Assembly: GCA_048886185.1 (NCBI GenBank)
Contig: JBHLKY010000061.1
Location: 1-5,578 of the forward strand
Direction of reading: 5' to 3'
DNA: 5,578 bases
DNA from: Candidatus Hermodarchaeota archaeon
GTDB lineage: Archaea > Asgardarchaeota > Heimdallarchaeia > Hodarchaeales > Hodarchaeaceae
This document shows, one piece after another, positions 1 through 5,389 of this stretch. How positions within the stretch are numbered: position 1 is the first letter of the stretch; each line of letters begins with the position of its first letter. Under the pieces are notes generated by a model, which was given only the letters and a program-made list of their open reading frames with translations, ran no database searches and was not told where the DNA came from. A program made the translations under genes and the position numbers.

Positions 1-2
1 CA

Positions 3-59
3 GCTGGACTCCTTCTGATGTACGACCATAAAATGAGGCTTTCTAAAAGAAAAATATAG
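3..59 (+). CDS. Possible 3' end of an upstream gene cut by the window edge (...AGLLLMYDHKMRLSKRKI*)
   Basis: Frame 3 is open from the window edge to TAG at 57-59. A short hydrophobic run followed by a basic tail resembles a membrane-protein C-terminus. Only 18 codons are visible. The G of the TAG is the first base of the left repeat. Confidence 0.25.
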   Translation, partial: AGLLLMYDHKMRLSKRKI

Positions 60-88
60 TTTAGATATAGATTGGGACCTTCCAAGAC
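59..88 (+). repeat. 30-bp direct repeat, left copy: GTTTAGATATAGATTGGGACCTTCCAAGAC
   Basis: Matches 5159-5188 at 26/30 positions without gaps, with the first 18 bp identical. Contains the stem-loop TTGGG-ACCT-TCCAA (one G-T pair). Confidence 0.9.
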
Positions 89-156
89 AATGATCCTAAA
101 TCTAACAAGGGTACATACTAATTACTCTGATCTAATGAAAGATTTACAGCTGTGTT

Positions 157-170
157 GGAAAGTTTAAATA
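157..170 (+). promoter_or_regulatory. Candidate archaeal promoter: BRE-like GGAAAG plus TATA box TTTAAATA
   Basis: TTTAAATA (163-170) fits the archaeal TTTAWAWA consensus and directly follows a purine-rich hexamer, about 95 nt upstream of the permease start. An alternative TATA-like palindrome, TCTTTAAAGA, lies at 208-217. AT-rich DNA gives such hits by chance. Confidence 0.4.
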
Positions 171-252
171 AGATGAATGACATAAAAAAGGAGGTATTCT
201 TAGTACATCTTTAAAGAGTTAGATAATCATTCTACTTTTACGAAATACGGAT

Positions 253-259
253 AGGGTGA
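253..259 (+). promoter_or_regulatory. Shine-Dalgarno-like site AGGGTGA for the permease
   Basis: GGTGA core at 255-259, 4 nt before the TTG at 264. This is the typical archaeal SD form. Confidence 0.5.
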
Positions 260-263
260 TGCA

Positions 264-3089
264 TTGGTACGAGGTCAAGTTTCAAGGGGGAAAATACGAT
301 TATTATTCCAAATGTTACGAATAAATCTAAAAAAATCTTTGATTACACTCATTGGAATGATGATCGCACTTGCTATGATCGCTTCATGTTTGATTTATCT
401 AGAATCAAATGAAATAGACTATTTTTTAGGTTTTTTTGAAGAACCTATGTATAGACAGTATCCAGTCGTATATCATTTTCATGATAATCAGGGTTCAAAT
501 AGGAATTTTTCTGTTGAAGAAATTAAATCGATCCAAGGTTTTCTTAATAATCATTTTACGGAATTTAGCCTAAACAATACTCTTATTCAATCAAAATACC
601 CATTCATGTGTTCTATGTCTAAAAATACACTTCTTCAGAACACTGATAAGCGGGTTCGTTTCCTTGGAATCACTTTCGATGAATCTATCATAGAAAATTG
701 TGTTAATGGGAGTAGATATCCAAGAGCAGAAAATGAGGTGTTAGTTTATCTTCGAGAAGAAGATTCACTTAAGCTAGCAATAAATGAGACGAGTAATTTC
801 TCTGTCCCCTATAACCTTAATGACATCGGTCAGTTCTACAATCTCAGTCTAAACGTATCAGGAATATTAACCAAAAAAATTAACCAGTATCCCTCTTTCT
901 TAAGGCACATGGTTGATCCTTACGAAATTCAGATAATCCTGAACATGAATCAGTATCTATCAGTACTCAATACTTTGAGAACTCTTTCTGATGACACAAT
1001 CACAAATTCTCTTAAGTTATTTTATTCATTCGATTTTTCTCATGTAAACCAGCAAAATGTACTCCAAATTGTAAATGGATTTGCTAAATTTAGGAGATTA
1101 GATCAAGCATATAAAATTACGGTTGAGACTTTGTATGGGACAGTAAAATATGATGGTTATAGAACCTCTTCTTGGTCTTGGTCAAGTTCTATAGAAGACA
1201 GCATAAATAAATTTCAAAGATTTGTCTTTGTCTACTCTGTCCTTTGTATTCCAGCTTTTCTTATTTCATTCCTTTTAGTGAATTTTTCTCTTGGGATAAT
1301 CAATGAGCGTAGAAGAAAAACCTTAACACTCTATAAGATGAGGGGGATATCAAATTCATTCCTTTTTGTGGCTTTATCCACGGAAACTATAACTTTGGCA
1401 TTTATTGCTTCAGGGCTAGGGATAATTATTGGGATACCAGTCTTTATTTTGATAGCAATTACTACTGGCTACCTGAATTTTGATCTGGGTAAATGGCCAC
1501 AAATAATGATTATTTCTCAAACTACTGTCCTCTCTGTGATTGGAACCAGCTTGTGTTTATCCTTCCTATTACACCTCCGAACGATTACCAAGCTCGCTAA
1601 TGCCAAAATTGTTGTTTTAGAAGAGGAAGCAAGTAAAAAGAAAAAACGAAAAAGAGGCACTATTCGGCAAAATATTGATATTTTCTTATTAGTTCAGGGA
1701 ATAATAGGGATTATTGTCCTTAATTTTCTTCTAAGAATTGCGAATGAAGTTAGTCAGCTAGAGAGTAGACTTGGTATCTTTATAATGCTAGTTGTTCCTT
1801 TAATTATTTTAAGTCCCTTATTCCTCTTGATCGGTTTTCTTTTTGCATATAATAGATTAATTCCATTCATTTTAGACAAATTAGGAGGATTTTTCTGGAG
1901 AAAAGACATTAAAATGCTCGCAGTGGCAACTCGTAACTTAATTGTAAATATAAAAGTCACCATACGTACAACGATATTACTAACAGTTACCATTAGTTTT
2001 TTAATGATCTTATCCTCTCTTCCCGTCTCTTTCAACCAACATTATATTAATACAACCTATTATAAAGAAGGGAGTGACTTTGTCATTCGAACACGTTATT
2101 TCATCAATGAAAGTACAACCTGTAATCTATCAATGGAATTGAATGAACTTACTGGAGTGACTGCAACAACAGTTTCGCTTGTTGATTATGGACAGGTTGA
2201 AATAATGGGGATTGAAGATAACTTCGATCAAGTGGCCTTTTGGAAGGCTTATTATGCAAAACAAAGTCTCAGTAACCTTGTATCAGCACTTTACAGTTCT
2301 GAAAGTCAATTTCCTGTCATTATTGACACTTTTTCTCTAAAGCTAGAAAAATTGAAACCTAATGATCAGCATTTACTTAATTTAAATAAACAGAAACAGA
2401 TGAACGTTACAATTGTTGACACAACAGAGTATTGGCCCAAATTAATTGGAAGACATGGAGAAAATGACAGATTTCTTATCATAAAGAGTTCAACGTTCTA
2501 TGAATTAATCGCTGAGGGTGAATCCTATATCTGGTGCAAAATAGATCCAAGCTCAGATAAGAACGAGGTTCTTGAACAGGCTAGAAATGTTACACTTAAC
2601 TTTGGAGTTGATACAAGCTACCTCCGATATACAGAGGATTTACTAATAATGAATCAGGATGACCTTGAAGGAAATCTTCTTTGGATCATTACGAATTTTA
2701 ATTTCCTCGTTGCTCTTTTAGTGCTATTACTCCTGCTATTTTTATTTACCATGACACGATTAACAAGCCAATCAAAAGAAATAGGTTTGAGTAGAGCTCT
2801 AGGGATGAAATTTCGACAAGTATTTCTCTTAATGTTCATTGAACCCTTTGTCTTGGTTTTAATAAGTGGATTGCCAGGAGGATTAATTGGTTTAACGCTA
2901 CTAATGGTTTTTATCAACCTTGGTCAAGGCCCTCCATTAAGTTATGATCCACCGTTCATTTTAACGATTGATATACCATCTGTACTCTTTATTTATGGTT
3001 CAATACTATTCACAGCAATCATAGCTGGATTAATTACTTCGTACCGAGCAACCAGAGCTGATGTATCGAAGATACTGAAAGTGGAGTGA
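264..3089 (+). CDS. ABC transporter permease, FtsX/MacB (type VII) family, two fused halves, 941 aa
   Basis: N-terminal TM (aa ~26-46), large extracytoplasmic domain (~48-315), FtsX-like TM bundle with ERRRKTLTLYKMRG (aa ~320-440), further TMs, second extracytoplasmic domain (~590-805), second FtsX bundle with SKEIGLSRALGM, and the family-typical C-terminus [18 protein letters not shown] start with SD. Adjacent to two ABC ATPases. Confidence 0.93.
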   Translation: MVRGQVSRGKIRLLFQMLRINLKKSLITLIGMMIALAMIASCLIYLESNEIDYFLGFFEEPMYRQYPVVYHFHDNQGSNRNFSVEEIKSIQGFLNNHFTEFSLNNTLIQSKYPFMCSMSKNTLLQNTDKRVRFLGITFDESIIENCVNGSRYPRAENEVLVYLREEDSLKLAINETSNFSVPYNLNDIGQFYNLSLNVSGILTKKINQYPSFLRHMVDPYEIQIILNMNQYLSVLNTLRTLSDDTITNSLKLFYSFDFSHVNQQNVLQIVNGFAKFRRLDQAYKITVETLYGTVKYDGYRTSSWSWSSSIEDSINKFQRFVFVYSVLCIPAFLISFLLVNFSLGIINERRRKTLTLYKMRGISNSFLFVALSTETITLAFIASGLGIIIGIPVFILIAITTGYLNFDLGKWPQIMIISQTTVLSVIGTSLCLSFLLHLRTITKLANAKIVVLEEEASKKKKRKRGTIRQNIDIFLLVQGIIGIIVLNFLLRIANEVSQLESRLGIFIMLVVPLIILSPLFLLIGFLFAYNRLIPFILDKLGGFFWRKDIKMLAVATRNLIVNIKVTIRTTILLTVTISFLMILSSLPVSFNQHYINTTYYKEGSDFVIRTRYFINESTTCNLSMELNELTGVTATTVSLVDYGQVEIMGIEDNFDQVAFWKAYYAKQSLSNLVSALYSSESQFPVIIDTFSLKLEKLKPNDQHLLNLNKQKQMNVTIVDTTEYWPKLIGRHGENDRFLIIKSSTFYELIAEGESYIWCKIDPSSDKNEVLEQARNVTLNFGVDTSYLRYTEDLLIMNQDDLEGNLLWIITNFNFLVALLVLLLLLFLFTMTRLTSQSKEIGLSRALGMKFRQVFLLMFIEPFVLVLISGLPGGLIGLTLLMVFINLGQGPPLSYDPPFILTIDIPSVLFIYGSILFTAIIAGLITSYRATRADVSKILKVE

Positions 3090-3979
3090 GTACAATGCTA
3101 TTGGAGTGTAAAGATCTAATTAAAATCTACCCTTCTCCTATTGAGGGATTAATGTTCCCAGCATTACGAGGACTGGATCTTAAGGTACAACCTGCTGAAA
3201 TAATATCAATAATTGGTCCTTCAGGGGCAGGAAAATCCACCCTTTTACGACTCATATGCACATTTGATCACCCCAGTTCGGGAGAAATCTGGTTTGATGG
3301 AAAATTAGTAAATACTTTCACAGCTTCCGAATTAGAGGCATATCGTTTGAACGAGGTGGGTGTCATGTATCAAGCTCCCGAAGACAATCTTATCTGGGAT
3401 TTAAATGTCCTGCATAATATTATGTTACCAATGCGTTATTCCGGTAAATTTAGAGGGAATGAAAAAGAAAGAGCACAGGAATTGTTGGAAAAAGTTGGAT
3501 TAAAAGGGAAGACTCATCGAAAACCCTCCCAACTCTCTGGAGGAGAGCAACAACGAGTCTCAATTGCTATTGCATTAGCGAATAATCCTAAACTCCTTCT
3601 TGCTGATGAACCCACTGGGGAGCTAGATAGTGGAACCACGGCAGTAATAATTGATTATTTCAAACAATTAAACAAGGATGATGGATTAACAGTTCTTGTC
3701 GTGACCCACGATAAACGTTTTGTGAAAATGACAGATAAAACTTATAAAATTTTAAACGGGAGATTAACAACCTATCATATTCGATCAGAAGAGTCATTTG
3801 AGGTTGATCTCGAAGAAGAAGTTGTAATAGTGGACTCCCAGGGGACTCTAAGACTACCTCGTGAAGTTTTTCATCAGTTTAAAGATTTGGGAGCAGTAAA
3901 AGTCCAGATTAAAAATGGAAAAATCGAATTGATCCCCTTTAAAGATGAGGCAAAGAGTAAGGAGAAAGAACAGAAATGA
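3086..3979 (+). CDS. ABC transporter ATP-binding protein (LolD/MacB-type) with C-terminal AbrB/SpoVT-like extension
   Basis: Walker [11 protein letters not shown]-loop VMYQ, signature LSGGEQQR, Walker [10 protein letters not shown]-loop VTHD. About 60-aa C-terminal extension containing [15 protein letters not shown]. The real start may be the in-frame ATG at 3095, preceded by GGAGTGA (3083-3089), rather than GTG 3086. Confidence 0.95.
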   Translation: MSTMLLECKDLIKIYPSPIEGLMFPALRGLDLKVQPAEIISIIGPSGAGKSTLLRLICTFDHPSSGEIWFDGKLVNTFTASELEAYRLNEVGVMYQAPEDNLIWDLNVLHNIMLPMRYSGKFRGNEKERAQELLEKVGLKGKTHRKPSQLSGGEQQRVSIAIALANNPKLLLADEPTGELDSGTTAVIIDYFKQLNKDDGLTVLVVTHDKRFVKMTDKTYKILNGRLTTYHIRSEESFEVDLEEEVVIVDSQGTLRLPREVFHQFKDLGAVKVQIKNGKIELIPFKDEAKSKEKEQK

Positions 3980-4665
3980 TAGATCGGAAAGTTATTTACA
4001 ATTTGCAACAGGTATACCGATGGTATGAAAGTGCTGTGGAAGTCGTAAAAGCGGTAGATGGAATCGATCTTCAGATCTATAAAGGGGACTTTCTTGCAAT
4101 TTTAGGCCCTTCTGGTTCAGGTAAAACTACATTACTTAATCTTTTAGCAGGACTTGATAAGGCCACTGGAGGAACGATAGTGTTTAATGATGAAAATTTA
4201 GATGAATTAAACGATTCAGCGATATGTGATCTTAGAAGACACGAAATAGGCATCATCTTCCAGTTTTATAATATGCATCCTTCATTAACAGGCCAAGAAA
4301 ATGTGGAATATCCCATGTTGATAGCAGGTATTCCAGCACATCAACGGAGTCAGCAAGCGAATGATCTACTCAAGGAGGTAGGGGTTTTTGATAAGAAAGA
4401 CAATTTTCCTGCTGAATTGTCAGGTGGAGAAAAACAACGAATTGGAATTGCACGAGCTTTAGCGAATAATCCTCAAGTAATTATCGCGGATGAACCGACA
4501 GGAGACCTCGATTCTGATAACGCAGAGGAAATAATCAACCTCTTATTACAAGTGAATAAGCAGGGGACCACAATTATCATGGTTACTCATGATGAATCGC
4601 TCCTAACAGATGACATGAGGGTTCTGCATCTGGTTGATGGGAAAATCGTATCAATCATGAAATAG
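3976..4665 (+). CDS. ABC transporter ATP-binding protein (LolD/MacB/FtsE-type), 229 aa
   Basis: Walker A GPSGSGKTT, Q-loop IFQFYN, signature LSGGEKQR, Walker B IIADEPTG, H-loop VTHD. Its ATG overlaps the previous TGA (ATGA, 3976-3979), implying translational coupling. Confidence 0.96.
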   Translation: MIDRKVIYNLQQVYRWYESAVEVVKAVDGIDLQIYKGDFLAILGPSGSGKTTLLNLLAGLDKATGGTIVFNDENLDELNDSAICDLRRHEIGIIFQFYNMHPSLTGQENVEYPMLIAGIPAHQRSQQANDLLKEVGVFDKKDNFPAELSGGEKQRIGIARALANNPQVIIADEPTGDLDSDNAEEIINLLLQVNKQGTTIIMVTHDESLLTDDMRVLHLVDGKIVSIMK

Positions 4666-4928
4666 AGAGTGAATATTTTATAAAAACAGGATTGGAAAAA
4701 TTGTCAATAATTAAGAGACATTTAATTTTAACAGAAGGAGAATTTCCTTATCGAAGAGAGAACTTTGACATTATTACAAAAGATTAGCAAAATCTTCAAC
4801 TGATGAAACGAAAAAACTCTGTAAAGATCGTTCTAATGGTAATCCTTGCCATCCCACTTTATGGCTATGCACTGGTGTTGGTGGGTACAATATTAACTCT
4901 ATGAATCATCCTATTCTTATACAATCAG

Positions 4929-5192
4929 ATGAAAAAAACAGATAATTATTTATCTACACGAATCAGACGGAAAATCCAAATTCCTGCTTCTCCAAGGATA
5001 GAAACAGGGATTTTTTGTGAGAGATGTGGAAAAGAACTCACTCCTCACGCAAGTTATTGTGTTGTATGCGCAGCAAAAGAGTGGTTTGATTTGGCGCTCA
5101 CCCTCATTCAATATGAGGGTGTCCGCACCACTGAACAAGTAGGAAAAATTCTCAGAATGTTTAGATATAGATTGGGCACTCCCAAAACCTGA
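4929..5192 (+). CDS. Small zinc-ribbon protein (CxxC-x10-CxxC), 87 aa if started at ATG 4929
   Basis: FCERCGKELTPHASYCVVCA (cysteine codons within 5016-5069) has the spacing of zinc_ribbon_2/DZR-type ribbons. The last codons (FRYRLGTPKT) are encoded by the right repeat. Confidence 0.65.
   Translation: MKKTDNYLSTRIRRKIQIPASPRIETGIFCERCGKELTPHASYCVVCAAKEWFDLALTLIQYEGVRTTEQVGKILRMFRYRLGTPKT
5159..5188 (+). repeat. 30-bp direct repeat, right copy: GTTTAGATATAGATTGGGCACTCCCAAAAC
   Basis: Matches 59-88 at 26/30 at an offset of exactly 5,100 bp. Perfect stem-loop TTGGG-CACT-CCCAA, and ends GTTT...AAAC are mutually inverted. Confidence 0.9.
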
Positions 5193-5195
5193 AAT

Positions 5196-5357
5196 GGCTT
5201 GTGAAATTCCATATGAAGCTCCTGGCTCAGGGTTGTTCCCAATAAAATTACTCTCAGAAATATTGTTATTATTTGAAGAATAGAATCGTACTAGTCCTTC
5301 ATATTTACTATCCTTAATAGTATTATGCTTAATCGTATTATTAGAGGAAGATTGGAA
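5196..5357 (-). pseudogene. Fragment of a right-handed parallel beta-helix (NosD/CASH/PbH1-like) protein gene
   Basis: Manual - strand translation gives FQSSSNNTIKHNTIKDSKYEGLVRFYSSNNNNISESNFIGNNPEPGASYGISQA, i.e. SSNNTI-x-N-x-I repeats ending in NFIGNN...SQA, as in archaeal NosD-domain surface proteins. No start codon, stops directly upstream (TAA AAA TAG), and the family pattern is lost after SQA. Confidence 0.65.
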
Positions 5358-5389
5358 CTATTTTTATAATCTCCATCTCAAGAAAAGCA

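Larger units (their letters stand above)
4803..5192 (+). pseudogene. Membrane-anchored zinc-ribbon protein reading frame (129 codons) interrupted by one in-frame TGA at 4902-4904; pseudogene, read-through or sequence error
   Basis: Manual translation from ATG 4803 gives MKRKNSVKIVLMVILAIPLYGYALVLVGTILTL*IILFLYNQ, followed in the same frame by MKKTDNY... (ORF 4929-5192). The hydrophobic segment continues across the stop. Confidence 0.6.

Noticed and set aside
120-128. AATTACTCT also present at 5246-5254, suggesting longer homology beyond the repeats
   Set aside because: Only 9 bp, AT-rich, and at different offsets from the two repeats (61 vs 87 nt). Compatible with chance.
188-195. Perfect Shine-Dalgarno AAGGAGGT
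   Set aside because: No ATG/GTG/TTG at a usable distance downstream, and it is about 70 nt from the permease start.
259-324. ATG at 259 as the permease start or an upstream peptide (MHWYEVKFQGGKYDYYSKCYE*)
   Set aside because: Out of frame with the permease and overlapping the SD itself. TTG 264 fits the SD spacing better.
1754-2035. 93-aa ORF on the - strand
   Set aside because: Lies wholly antisense to the permease TM region. Its Lys/Ile/Asn-rich composition is the expected shadow of hydrophobic codons, and it has no motif.
2654-2917. 87-aa ORF on the - strand
   Set aside because: Antisense shadow of the second FtsX TM bundle with no independent evidence.
3087-3089. Genome-wide TGA reassignment to explain the stop at 4902
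   Set aside because: The permease and first ATPase end at TGA at family-typical C-termini with coupled downstream starts, so TGA functions as stop.
4950-5138. 62-aa ORF on the - strand as a standalone gene
   Set aside because: Antisense to the better-supported zinc-ribbon frame. It is only the tail of the open frame that starts in the NosD-like fragment, and has no motif or RBS.
89-5158. Transposon or casposon with terminal inverted repeats inside a target-site duplication
   Set aside because: The sequence just inside the left copy (AATGATCCTAAATC...) does not match the reverse complement just inside the right copy (ATTCTGAGAATTTT...). No transposase or integrase ORF is present.
59-5188. 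Calling the two repeats a CRISPR array
   Set aside because: Only two copies, 5.1 kb apart, with no spacer-sized intervals and no cas genes in the window. Kept only as a repeat-like hypothesis.
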